From assembly GCA_031362565.1 (NCBI GenBank), contig JANLSU010000050.1, positions 17,588-81,587 of the forward strand: a stretch of 64,000 bases of DNA, given 5' to 3'. The notes beneath the pieces are model-generated. The model did no database searches, was not told the DNA's origin, and saw nothing but the letters and a program-made list of their open reading frames with translations. The DNA comes from a bacterium. Lineage in GTDB: Bacteria; Krumholzibacteriota; Krumholzibacteriia; G020349025. Of this stretch, positions 1 through 10,200 are shown piece after piece; position 1 is the first letter of the stretch; each line of letters opens with the position of its first letter. Made by a program: the position numbers and the translations under genes.

Positions 1-48
1 TCGCTTTCTTACGACCGCCGCGGACGCCCTCCGCGTCTCGCGCCGCCG

Positions 49-435
49 CTACGACCGCCGCGTGCCGTCTCGGCGTTCGATTCGCAACAGGCGGATCGGT
101 GTGCCGATGAGACGTTCGTTGGGCAAGATTTCCCGCAACTCACCTGAGAAAAGCACCCGCAGTCCGTCTTCGCGGAACGCCTCCGGAAGGTCGTCGGGAA
201 GATAGCGTTCGTCCGGGTGTGCCTCTGGAATCAGCAGGAACGTCTCGGCATCAATCGGGAATCGCTTCAACGTTGCCGCGACGTCAGTGAGAGCCGCAGT
301 TGCCGGCTGCGATTCGGATTCCGATTTCGCCTCCGGCTTGGGTTCCGCCTGCCGGCAGCTACTCATCCCGGTCACGAAGATCGCCGCAATCACAGTGAGA
401 GACTTCAAGACTCGGATCCGGCCGCCATGCGCCAT
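49..435 (-). CDS. Hypothetical lipoprotein
   Basis: Basic N-terminus, hydrophobic stretch and lipobox-like GMSS-C; compact globular C-terminal part. Confidence 0.6.
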   Translation of the reverse strand: MAHGGRIRVLKSLTVIAAIFVTGMSSCRQAEPKPEAKSESESQPATAALTDVAATLKRFPIDAETFLLIPEAHPDERYLPDDLPEAFREDGLRVLFSGELREILPNERLIGTPIRLLRIERRDGTRRS

Positions 436-612
436 TCGATTGCCCCCCCCGAAGGATTGACCCCCAGTCTAAGCATCAACGCCCACCAACGCCAAGCACC
501 GCGCCCCGCCGCCAGATCACGCAGGCGGCACCCCCGCCGCAGCCGCCGCATCAAACGTGAGCGGGCGGCATCGCGGCGGGCTGCGGGCGGCCTCTGTGCT
601 AGGGTGGCCGCC

Positions 613-2436
613 ATGCGTCCCAACAGCGCAACCGGATTAGATCCCGCCGAAGGAACTCGAGCCCTCCCGGCGGGGGAGCCGTTGGCGTTTCTCTTCGTCG
701 CCACGACGCCACCAGTCGACGACGAATCGTGGCTCCTCGCGACCGCGCGGGCGTTGCTGGACCGTGGGCATCGCGTTGCGATCGCCACCGTTCGCGGGAC
801 CTCACTCGCTACCCGTCCACCGGAGCCCGGCCTGACCGTGCTCACGATGCGTCCTGGCCGCCGGTTCAACCTGCGAGCCCGATGGCGCGCCCGCGCGATT
901 CGCAAGCGGCATCAGTTCGACCTCGCGATCACGTTCGATCCCACCGCCTTCGAAATCGCCCGGTCGATTGCTGTCGAACCCACGCCGCTCGTTTGGCGGG
1001 CGAGCGCCGTCGACAGCAGCAAGCCGGCTCGACGCTGCTTGACGCATTCGCGCCTCACGGCGCTCTGGCTCGTCCCCGGTGCTCCACCCGTACCGGAACT
1101 TGCGGACATTCCGCGGCGTGCTGCACGCAGGGCTGCGCCCGCCGCTCTCGCGGTGCGCGTGCTCACGGACGCCGTTACGATTCCATCCGAGCCACTCGAT
1201 CCGACTGCGACGCGCCGCGAACTGCGCTTGCCGCGACGGGTGGTGCTCGGTTTGCACGTTGCGCCGCTCGAGCGCGGCTACGGTCACGAAACAATTCTGC
1301 GCGCCCTCCAGGAACTGCAAAAGAGCCGCCGGCCGTTGCCGACTGTTGCCTTCCTCGGCACCGGACCCGAGGAGTCGCGTTTGCACGTGCTCTGCCAAGA
1401 CCTCGGCGTCAAGGAGAACGTGTTGTGGCTCGGTTTCCGCCGCGACACCGAACCCTTCGTGCACGCGGCCGACTTCGTACTGGCGCCGGAAGCGAGCGCG
1501 AACACTCGATCCGTTCTCCTCGCCGCCCAAGCCGCCGGCGTACAAGTCCTCGCCGCCGACACGGCGGTTGCCGAAGAGTGCAGCCCGGCGCCCGGTGGTC
1601 TGCGCATCGCCAGCACTGCCCCGAAAGCCTGGGCCGAAGTGATCGCCCAAGTGTTGGCAGACCGCGCCGATCTCGCCGATCCCGCCGCGCTCGCCGCGGT
1701 CGCCGCGCGCAGTGCCGCCGCCCGCCGCGCCGCCGCAACGCGTGCGAACACCCACACCGCCGCCGAACTCGAGTGCGCCGTGCACGCCGCGCGCCTCCAA
1801 CGCGCCGGTTTCGCCGATCGTGCGCCCAGCCACGCCGAAAACCACGCGCCCAACCCCGCCGCCAACCGCGGGGCTCGCCGTCCCGCGCTGTTCTTGGACC
1901 GCGACGGTACGCTGGTCGAAAACGTGCCTTACAACGCCGATCCCACTGCCGTCGTTCTCGAACCACGCGTCGGGCGCGCATTGCGCTGGGCGCGCGACGC
2001 CGGGTTCGCGCTTGTCGTCGTCACGAATCAATCGGCTCTAGCTCGCGGCCTGTGCACCGAAGCGGACGTCCAAGCCGTGAACGACCGCATGCGGGATCTG
2101 CTGCGTGCCGAGGGCTGCGAGTTGGACGGCGTCTATGTTTGTCCGCATCATCCGGACTTTGGCCCGGCGTGCGATTGCCGCAAGCCCGCGCCCGGGTTGT
2201 TGCAACGTGCCGCACGTGACCTGCATCTCGATCTCACTCGCAGCGTGCTCGTGGGTGACTCCGAGCGCGACATGGAAGCAGCCCGCCGCGCCGGTGTGCG
2301 GCCACTCTTTTACCGCAACCCCTCGCTCGCCATCGCGCCCGGCGCCGAGCTAGTGCCAGCCGGTGTCCAAGCTCACGACGATTGGCTTGCGCTCGTACGT
2401 CAACTGCTGGCCGACACCGGCCGCGAATTCCTGTAA
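613..2436 (+). CDS. GT-B (family 4-like) glycosyltransferase fused to a C-terminal HAD-IIIA phosphatase (GmhB / D,D-heptose-1,7-bisphosphate phosphatase-like)
   Basis: GT4-like segments (GTGPEE, VLWLGFR, LAAQAAGVQVLA) followed by HAD-IIIA motifs FLDRDGT, VVTNQS, CPHHP..CDCRKP, GDS.RD. Start chosen at ATG 613 within ORF 217..2436. Confidence 0.8.
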   Translation: MRPNSATGLDPAEGTRALPAGEPLAFLFVATTPPVDDESWLLATARALLDRGHRVAIATVRGTSLATRPPEPGLTVLTMRPGRRFNLRARWRARAIRKRHQFDLAITFDPTAFEIARSIAVEPTPLVWRASAVDSSKPARRCLTHSRLTALWLVPGAPPVPELADIPRRAARRAAPAALAVRVLTDAVTIPSEPLDPTATRRELRLPRRVVLGLHVAPLERGYGHETILRALQELQKSRRPLPTVAFLGTGPEESRLHVLCQDLGVKENVLWLGFRRDTEPFVHAADFVLAPEASANTRSVLLAAQAAGVQVLAADTAVAEECSPAPGGLRIASTAPKAWAEVIAQVLADRADLADPAALAAVAARSAAARRAAATRANTHTAAELECAVHAARLQRAGFADRAPSHAENHAPNPAANRGARRPALFLDRDGTLVENVPYNADPTAVVLEPRVGRALRWARDAGFALVVVTNQSALARGLCTEADVQAVNDRMRDLLRAEGCELDGVYVCPHHPDFGPACDCRKPAPGLLQRAARDLHLDLTRSVLVGDSERDMEAARRAGVRPLFYRNPSLAIAPGAELVPAGVQAHDDWLALVRQLLADTGREFL

Positions 2437-2487
2437 GCTCGCCAACCGCCCTTTGCCGCCAGTTTGTCGCCCAAGCCCCCCGCCGTC

Positions 2488-3606
2488 CTAGCCAGCCCGT
2501 GGAGGCAGCGAACGAGCGAAATTGTCGACCATGGCGCCGTACGGCTGCGGGAGTTCGCGCACCCCTTCGGCGTGCCACGGCCCGAAGAACTCGCGCGCCT
2601 GATGCTGGTTGTGGCGCGCGCACAAGAGCCGCACGTTGGCCACCGTGGCGCTGCCACCGTCACCGTGCGGCCGCGCGTGATCGAACTCGATCTGATCCTC
2701 TTCAGTGCAGCGTTTGCCGCTCGGGCTGACGAAGGAGCAGCGGCCTTGATCGCGCTGCCACACGGCACGTTTCACGGCGGCTGGAATGTACCGCGAGTGT
2801 CCCTCTGCCGTTTGCTTTCCCGCCCGCGGCCGATCGGTGGCCGCGATCTTTTTCTTTTCGAGATCCCGCACGAGCAGCTCGAGCGCCCGGCCCATGACGG
2901 CCGCCAAATCGCCATCCGGGATCTGATGGCGCAACAGCGCTTGCGCCCGGCGCAGATTGCGATAGATCGCCGCGCTCGCGGTGAATTGAACTTTGTAACG
3001 CTCCGGCGCGAGCGGAACGACAACCGCTGGACGCGTGGGCGCAGCTGCGGCCGAGGCCGCCCCAGGTCGAGCCGCGGCGGTCCCTTGCGCGGCGGCCGCC
3101 GCTGCCTGCGCTGCAGCTGCCAACGCGAGTTCCGGCTCACACGTTGGCCCCGGCGCGGGTCGCGGCGTTGCGACCTTGCGCACCGCATCCGGCACATCCG
3201 GCTGTGGCCGCAGGCGCGCTACCAGCTCTTCCACCTCGCGTTTCGACTTGTGCTTCGCTGCATCGAGCAGCTCTTGATGGTTCTCGGGCGTCAGGATCGA
3301 CCCCAGCATCTGAACTGCGGTCAGATGGATGTCGCCGCGGGCGAGACGCACCAAAACGACGGGAAACCGGCGGACGATTCTTGCCGCCTCGATCCGGTTG
3401 TAGGCCGCGTGCTCCGAGAGATGCAAGACCTGGACGCAGTACGTGAAGAGCGACCGGCAACCCGCTCCGAGATACAACTGACGCCTGTCGAACTCGGCCA
3501 GGTGCGCGACGAGTGTCGCCGTCGCATGGCTTTCGTGCCGCACGAGGTGCTTCAGCCGCGCCGTAAGTGCGGCATCAGAAAGGCTGGCAGGAGATCCGAT
3601 GTTCAT
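2488..3606 (-). CDS. HNH endonuclease with DUF222-like N-terminal region
   Basis: N-terminal LAEFDRRQLY..GCRSLFTYC..LHLSE.AAY.RI; C-terminal RDQGRC..RC....EFDH..P...GG.AT.ANVRLLC.RHN. ATG 3606 is preceded by an AAAGGAGG RBS. Confidence 0.85.
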   Translation of the reverse strand: MNIGSPASLSDAALTARLKHLVRHESHATATLVAHLAEFDRRQLYLGAGCRSLFTYCVQVLHLSEHAAYNRIEAARIVRRFPVVLVRLARGDIHLTAVQMLGSILTPENHQELLDAAKHKSKREVEELVARLRPQPDVPDAVRKVATPRPAPGPTCEPELALAAAAQAAAAAAQGTAAARPGAASAAAAPTRPAVVVPLAPERYKVQFTASAAIYRNLRRAQALLRHQIPDGDLAAVMGRALELLVRDLEKKKIAATDRPRAGKQTAEGHSRYIPAAVKRAVWQRDQGRCSFVSPSGKRCTEEDQIEFDHARPHGDGGSATVANVRLLCARHNQHQAREFFGPWHAEGVRELPQPYGAMVDNFARSLPPRAG

Positions 3607-4014
3607 CGTCGCCTCCTTTCTTCTCGCGTGAGAGTGTGGTGAGCACGTTCGTGTCCGAGGAACGCGAACCATCGTCCATCGATGGCGCCCAAGGTTGGGC
3701 GGTCGCAAGGATCTTGCAATCGACGGGCCGGGTGAACTGGCCGCGGAATTTGGCTCTGCGACTGCGGCGATTCCGAAATTGCCGGGCGCCAATCGTAAAG
3801 CGCAGAGATAGGGAAGTGTCGATCGCGTTGACGCCAGTGCCGAGGATTTCTGTGATCGCCAGGTGCGACGGGCGGCAGGCGCGCTCGGGTGGTAGCGCGC
3901 CAGGCGCACCCGCGCGGCAACGCAATTGTGTCGTTCGGCGTCCTCGCGCAAACCCGCATCACCGAAGTAGTTGCAAACATCGTCGGGCGGGTTTGCACTC
4001 GTTCCAGAACGAGT

Positions 4015-5957
4015 GTGCGCCAGGCAAAGCCTGAGAAGGGGGAAGGCGTGAGCGGGTCGCCGCTCACCGGAAACTCTTCATCGTGACCCAGTGAGAATTT
4101 GAAAGCTCACCCGGCAAAGCTGGCCAGCAGCCGGAACCGAGTGTTGCGTGGTCTCGGGGTGACCCGAGCTGCGAAGCGTACACAGGGAGCAAGCGGGCCG
4201 TGTGATTGAGCCTCGAAAACGGAATCATTGCGGGAGCCGACGTATTACTCGTCGCGGAAGGCAGCATGAACATCCCGAATGGCAAGGGATGTCTCGTCCC
4301 GCCGGGGTCGTAGAGCAGGGCACGTTTGCATAGGGGCCACTCAGGAACCTGGGAGATCCGACGGTTTCTCGTCGAGTGATGAGTACGCACGTACGACGCA
4401 AGGAAGGACGTGCGGATGGGCCGCCGGAAGTCAGAGCACCTGCACAGTACCGCAGAAGCGGGGGAACCGACCCGAGGGACCCCGTGGAGGGAAGGCGGGT
4501 GTCGGATTACGGGATCGTTGGAGGGAAAGGCGAATGGGAACACTGAATCCCCGCGACGTCTCGACATCACTTCAACGAATAGCGGATCTGGCGCGGAAGG
4601 CGCCGGAGCGCTCGTTCATGAGCATCCACCACGTGATCGATGTGGATCTACTGCGGGAAGCGTATCGGCGGACACGCAAGGATGGAGCAGTTGGTGTGGA
4701 CCAGCAGACAGCGGCAGAGTACGCAGCAAATCTGGAGGAGAATCTCCCGTCGCTGCGTGACCGCCTGAAGCTTGGCACCTACTACGCGCCTCCGGTGCGT
4801 CGCGTCGACATCCCAAAGGGAGACGGATCGCAGACACGGCCGATTGGAATTCCGACCTTTGAAGACAAGGTGCTTCAACGGGCGGTGGCGATGGTACTGG
4901 AAGAAATCTACGAGCAGGACTTTATGGATTGCTCGTACGGCTTCCGCCGTGGCCGGTCAGCGCATCAAGCGCTGGACACAATCTTCCATTCGATGATGCA
5001 AATGCGCGGCGGCTACGTGATTGAGCTCGACATCGAGAAGTTTTTCGATCGGCTCGATCACGGACATCTCCGGACCTTTCTCGACCGGAGGGTGTGTGAC
5101 GGGGTGATCCGTCGCGCGATCGACAAGTGGCTGAAGGCCGGCGTACTCACAGAGGGCCGACTGACGCACTCTCGACAAGGGACACCGCAAGGTGGAGTGA
5201 TCTCTCCGCTTCTTGCCAATATCTATCTGCATGAGGTCTTCGATCGATGGTTTCAGGAGCAGATCGCACCACAACTACGAGGTCGCTCGTTTATGGTGCG
5301 CTACGCCGATGATGCTATCCTGGTGTTTTCGTCCGAGGAGGACGCTCGCCGCGTGTTCGAAGTCTTGCCAAAGCGGTTTGCTCGCTTCGGTCTGACCCTG
5401 CACCCGGAAAAGACCCGCCTCGTCCAATTCACCTGCCCGCCCTATCTGCGAATGCAACGGCTTCCGCAGAAAGAAGGCGGACCGGACACCTTCGACTTTC
5501 TCGGCTTCACCCACTACTGGGGCAAGTCCAGGAAAGGTCGATGGATCGTGCGCAAGAAGACGATCAGAGATCGTCTCGTCCGCTTCCTGCGGCGGATCGC
5601 GCAGTGGTGCCGACGATATCGGCATGAGAAGATCGCGTGGCAACACGCGCATCTTGTCCGCGTGATCCGAGGTCACGATGCCTACTACGCTGTGACAGGT
5701 AACGAACGCCAGCTTGATCGGCTTCGTCAACTCGTGCATCGTATCTGGCAGAAATGGCTCTCACGTCGCTCGGAATCGACGCCCATGTCATGGGCACGTT
5801 TCAACCGCCTGCTCGCGCGATACCCACTTCCGAAGGTGCGAGTCGTACACTCGCTCTATCATGCAGCGAAACCGTAATCTGAGGAGCCGGATGCGTCAAT
5901 CGCGCACGTCCGGATCTGTGGGGGGCGGCCGGTCGCGAGACCGGTCGCTATCCCGAT
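4015..5957 (+). mobile_element. Group II intron (IIB-type, probably bacterial class D/E), apparently intact
   Basis: 5' end GTGCG at 4015; domain V GAGCCGGATGCG...GCACGTCCGGATC from 5884; domain VI ending ...CTATCCCGAT at 5957; EBS1 ACTCGT (4247-4252) is complementary to IBS1 ACGAGT (4009-4014); RT ORF inside. Confidence 0.92.
4534..5877 (+). CDS. ltrA: Group II intron reverse transcriptase/maturase (no endonuclease domain)
   Basis: Motifs RPIGIPTFEDKVLQ, SYGFR.GRS, DIEKFFD, GTPQGGVISPLLANIYLH, RYADD, GLTLHPEKT, FDFLGF, then a maturase X region; ends just before domain V. Confidence 0.95.
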   Translation: MGTLNPRDVSTSLQRIADLARKAPERSFMSIHHVIDVDLLREAYRRTRKDGAVGVDQQTAAEYAANLEENLPSLRDRLKLGTYYAPPVRRVDIPKGDGSQTRPIGIPTFEDKVLQRAVAMVLEEIYEQDFMDCSYGFRRGRSAHQALDTIFHSMMQMRGGYVIELDIEKFFDRLDHGHLRTFLDRRVCDGVIRRAIDKWLKAGVLTEGRLTHSRQGTPQGGVISPLLANIYLHEVFDRWFQEQIAPQLRGRSFMVRYADDAILVFSSEEDARRVFEVLPKRFARFGLTLHPEKTRLVQFTCPPYLRMQRLPQKEGGPDTFDFLGFTHYWGKSRKGRWIVRKKTIRDRLVRFLRRIAQWCRRYRHEKIAWQHAHLVRVIRGHDAYYAVTGNERQLDRLRQLVHRIWQKWLSRRSESTPMSWARFNRLLARYPLPKVRVVHSLYHAAKP

Positions 5958-6057
5958 GTTTGCAAGATAACAATGCCGCGATCGAGGCTCATCGCGGGCT
6001 CGCCAGCGCCGGCCGCCGCCGCACGATTACGCCGGTCCGCGAATTGCTGGGCTTGGT

Positions 6058-7128
6058 TCAGCGCGCTGCGAAGAATTCGCGGAATTCGCGTGGGAGGGCG
6101 TCGGCGCCGACGGTTGTTTGGTGCGCGAATGCGTTGGCGGGCTGGGTGTGCCAGAAGAGCACGGGGCCGGTGACGGTGCCGGCGCGCACGTCGTGCATGA
6201 GCGCGGCGAGCGCCGGCGAACCGTGCCGTGAATCCAGTTCGATGTTCTCGAGGTCACGCAGCAGGCCGCGTGCCTGATGCGCGGCGACATTGCCGAGACT
6301 CGAGTCCGTGAAGTTATGGCGCATTTCGATGTTCTTGAATCCGAACGGCTGAGTCGGGATACGCCGTGTCTTGTGCCGGAGCAGGCCGGCTGTACGTTCG
6401 GCAAGCGCCGTCGGCCGGGCGTGCGTGCCCCGCGCGTTGGCAACGGCCACGATCGTCGAGCGGATCTGCGCCAACTGGCAGCCGAGCGCGAGACCCGCAG
6501 CCGTGGCGCCCGTCGTCGCGGGCACATAGATGCGTTCCGGCTCGGGCAGAATGCCGACGTTGATCTGGCGTTTCAATTCGTACGCCGCGTTGACATATCC
6601 GAGGGCGCCAAAGAGTGCGGCGCGGCGCGGCCACAGCACATACGGACGGCGCGAATCGTCGTCGTCGGCGCGCCGCAAGGCGCTGCGCAACAGCCGGACG
6701 AGCGCCATCGGTCCGCCGTCCAGCCGATGCAACTCGGCCCCGAGTTCGTGTTCGATTTGCAACGAGCGCTGCACGTCGCGCCCGTCGCGCCGGCGCGCCA
6801 ACGCCAGAACCGGCTGGACTCGGAAGTGGTGCGCGAACGTCGTGACGGCCAGGCAATGACCGCTGCCGACACCGCCGAAGGCGACGATGCGGCGTGCGCC
6901 GCTCCGCAGCACGTCTCCGAAGACGAACTCGAGCTTGCGCGGTTTGTCGCCGCCGTACACTTCGCTCGTCTGGTCGTCGCGCTTCACCCACAGTGACGCC
7001 GCGTGCAAGTACGACTCGATGCGCACGAGCCGCTCGACTGGGGTGGCGCGGGCCAACGGCACCCAGGGCAGGCGCTCGCGCAACTCCGGGTAGTTGCGGA
7101 AGATCTCGGGTGTTGGATAGCTGCTCAT
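6058..7128 (-). CDS. PLP-dependent D-cysteine desulfhydrase / ACC deaminase family protein (divergent)
   Basis: TPVERL, LWVKRDD, YGGDKPRKLEF, GALGYV, TGATAAGL, VLFWHT. Confidence 0.8.
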   Translation of the reverse strand: MSSYPTPEIFRNYPELRERLPWVPLARATPVERLVRIESYLHAASLWVKRDDQTSEVYGGDKPRKLEFVFGDVLRSGARRIVAFGGVGSGHCLAVTTFAHHFRVQPVLALARRRDGRDVQRSLQIEHELGAELHRLDGGPMALVRLLRSALRRADDDDSRRPYVLWPRRAALFGALGYVNAAYELKRQINVGILPEPERIYVPATTGATAAGLALGCQLAQIRSTIVAVANARGTHARPTALAERTAGLLRHKTRRIPTQPFGFKNIEMRHNFTDSSLGNVAAHQARGLLRDLENIELDSRHGSPALAALMHDVRAGTVTGPVLFWHTQPANAFAHQTTVGADALPREFREFFAAR

Positions 7129-7271
7129 GGCGTCGACTCCACGAGGAGTATACCAGTGTCGAAGCACGCGGCAAACCATGAGCCGCCGGCCGATTCATCG
7201 ACCGCCAACAGAACGGCACGCTGGGCTATACTTCAGGTCGCGCTTTCTCATCTTTGGGGGGACATCTCGCC

Positions 7272-10200
7272 ATGGCGCCCAACCATCCGCACGGATCCCG
7301 ATCCCGATCCCGATCCCGATCCCGGTGGCCCGGCGGGCTAGCACTCGTCGCGTCCAGCGTCCTGAACACCGGACTCGTGTCGCCGGCCGCGGCGCGGCAG
7401 ATCGAAACGACCCTGCCCGCCAGAACGACCACGACCTCCGTCCCTGTCGGCTCTGATGTCGTAGGTTCCGCGGCTGCCGCCGCCGGCTCCGCCATCCTGG
7501 GTTCCGCCGCTGCCGCCGTCCGTTCGGGTGGCGGCCTCCTGGGTGGTTCCGAGGGCGCCCTCTATACATTCGTTGTGCCCGACGGTGAGGTCGCCACGGC
7601 AGTGCGGTCGCTCGATCCAGGCACGGCTGTCGAGCTCGTGGGGACTGCGACCTGGCGCGGCGCGGCGCTGGCGATCGTGCGCGCCACTGGCCGCGACGTC
7701 ACTGGCCCGGGCGCCACCGGCCCCGGCGCCGCGTTGGACGCCTTCGGGCAGCGCGTCGTGATCGAGACCGCCATGGCACCTGGTGCGCCTGCCCCTGGGA
7801 CTGGGGCCGCCGCCGGCGACGCCATCCGCCGCCTGCGCCCGGACCCCGCCGGCGAGCAGGCCGAGCGCGCCGAACTCCGAGCCCTCGTCGCCAACCCCGC
7901 GGACGTCGCGGTGTTTCACCCAGCGCTTCCACCGCGCGTTGCCAAAGCCACTCCGAGTCGATTCCGGCCGTCCAGCTACCCCGACCTCGAGGGCAGCCCG
8001 GTTCGCTATCTCATCGTGACCGACGCGGCGTTCGTCGCGGATTTCCAAACTCTTGCCGATTGGAAGACACGCCGTGGCTTTCCGGCGCAGGTGCGGACCC
8101 TCGACTGGGTCGTAGCGCACGCTCGGCACGGCAGCGACCTGGCTGAAACCATTCGGAATTTCTTGCAGGACGCATACGCACTTTGGGGCGTGGACTACGT
8201 GCTCTTGGGCGGCGATACCGACCGCATTCCAGCCCGCATCGCGACCTCCGGCGTCCCCGGCACGGCGACGCCTGTCCCGACGGATCTCTACTACGCCTGT
8301 CTCGACGGGACGTGGAACGCCAACCGCAACGGCATCTGGGCGGAGCCCGCGACCGGCGCCAACAACCTCGGCGACCAAGCGGATCTTTACGCCGAACTCT
8401 TCGTGGCGCGTGCCCCCGTGCACTCCGGCACCGAAGTGCAGAATTTCGTCCAGAAAACGATTCGCTACGAGACCCCCATCGACACCGCGTATCAAAATCA
8501 GATGCTGTTACTTGGCGAGGTCCTCTCGCCGGCCGACTACGACAGCCTGCAGTCCATCACTCTCGACGGCGCGGCGCTCTCGGAGCAGGTTCGCATCAAC
8601 AATGTGCCGGGAACCCAGGCCATCACGCGCCAATACGAAACGGCATTTCTCTATCCGGGCTCGACGAAAATCACCAAAGCCGCGTCTCTCGCCGCCATGA
8701 ATGCCGGCACGAACTTCGTCAATCACATCGGCCACGGATTCCGTTACAACATGTCGGTCGGCAACGCGAGCATCGTGAATGCCGACGCCGATGCGATGAC
8801 CAACGGCAACCGGACTTTTATTCTTTATTTGCTCAACTGCACTGCACTCGCATATGACAGCAATTCGCTGGGCGAACGCTTTTTGCTCGCACCCAGCGGC
8901 GGGGCAGCAGGCGTCATCGGCGCGAGCCGCGAGGCCTACCCGTCGACGTCGATCGCCTACAACCAAGCGTTCTACGATCAACTTTTCGCGCAGGGGAATA
9001 CGGCGCTCGCCACCGCGTTCTCGAACGCCCGGCTCGGACGCACTGTATTCACGTTCTTCGACACCCAAGACCGCTGGACGCATTTCATCGACAACGTGCT
9101 GGGGGATCCGGCCCTCACCGTCTACACGGGCCCGGCGCTGGCCCCGCAAGTGACGCATCCGGCGACGATCGCGCTCGGCACGACCAGCGTCGCGGTGCAC
9201 GTCGATGCAGCGTCCGTGCCGGTCGCCGGCGCGCTGGTTTGTCTCTGGAAGGGCGACGAGGCGTATGCGACCGGAACGACCGACGGTTCCGGCGATATCA
9301 CGCTCGACCTGCGCGCCGACACGCAGGGCAGCGTCCTCGTCACGGTGTCGCAGCGCAACCTCCGCACCTATCTCGGCACGATCGCCGTCGGCGCCTCCGC
9401 ACCGGCTCACCCGCGCATCGCGTCCGCGACAATCATCGACGACGGATCGAACGGTTCAGTCGGCAACGGTGACGGCGAGGCCGATGCCGGCGAGACGGTG
9501 GGCCTCGACGTCCACATCGCCAACGCCGGCGGCGCGTCGATCACGGCGCGCGCCCGGCTCGTGTCGGGGCTCCTGCAAGCGGTCGCGCTCCAGGATTCCG
9601 TCGAACTAGGCGTCCTCGCGCCGTCCGCGACGCCAACCGCGATCGCACACTTCCTCGTGCATCTCGACCCGGCAATCGCCGACCAGACCACCGTGCCGTT
9701 CACGGTGCAGTTCCGCGATCAATCGGCAACATCGTTCGGATCCGAAGCGCTGCCCAAGGTCATTCACGCCCCACGCCTCGAAGTCGTCGAGGTTTTGCCG
9801 GCCAGTGCGGCCGGTACCACGACATTCAATGTTGTCGTCAAGAACTTCGGCTCCGGTGCCGCAACGGCGCTCGCGGCAACGCTGACGAGCACGGACCCGG
9901 ATGTGTCGATTGGACAGGGCGCGGCCACCATCGCCGCCGCCGCGAGCTACGGAACCGGCTCGACATCGCCGGCGCTCGTCGTCACCGAAACCAACACCAC
10001 GCAGCGCAACCGGCTGCACCTGGCGCTGGTGGATGGCTTCGGGCGCAGCACGCCTTTCGACTTCGATCTGCGCGGTCCGGGAACAGCGTCGAAACCCGTC
10101 GCCGATGCGAGCCAGGGCCCGACCGTCATGCGCCTCACCTGGAGCACCTCCGCCGATGCGGATCTACTCGGTTATCACGTCTACCGGCGCCTGTCGGGGA

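Noticed and set aside
4279..5877. RT as part of a retron, DGR, CRISPR-RT or defence system
   Set aside because: It has group II maturase motifs and sits within canonical intron ends with domains V/VI; no template/variable repeat pair, cas genes or msr/msd are visible. The 4279 start lies in intron RNA domains.
3971..5965. 12-bp inverted repeats TTGCAAACATCG / CGATGTTTGCAA as transposon terminal repeats
   Set aside because: Four of the 12 bases come from the intron's own 3' end, there is no transposase or target duplication, and EBS1/IBS1 defines the true boundaries.
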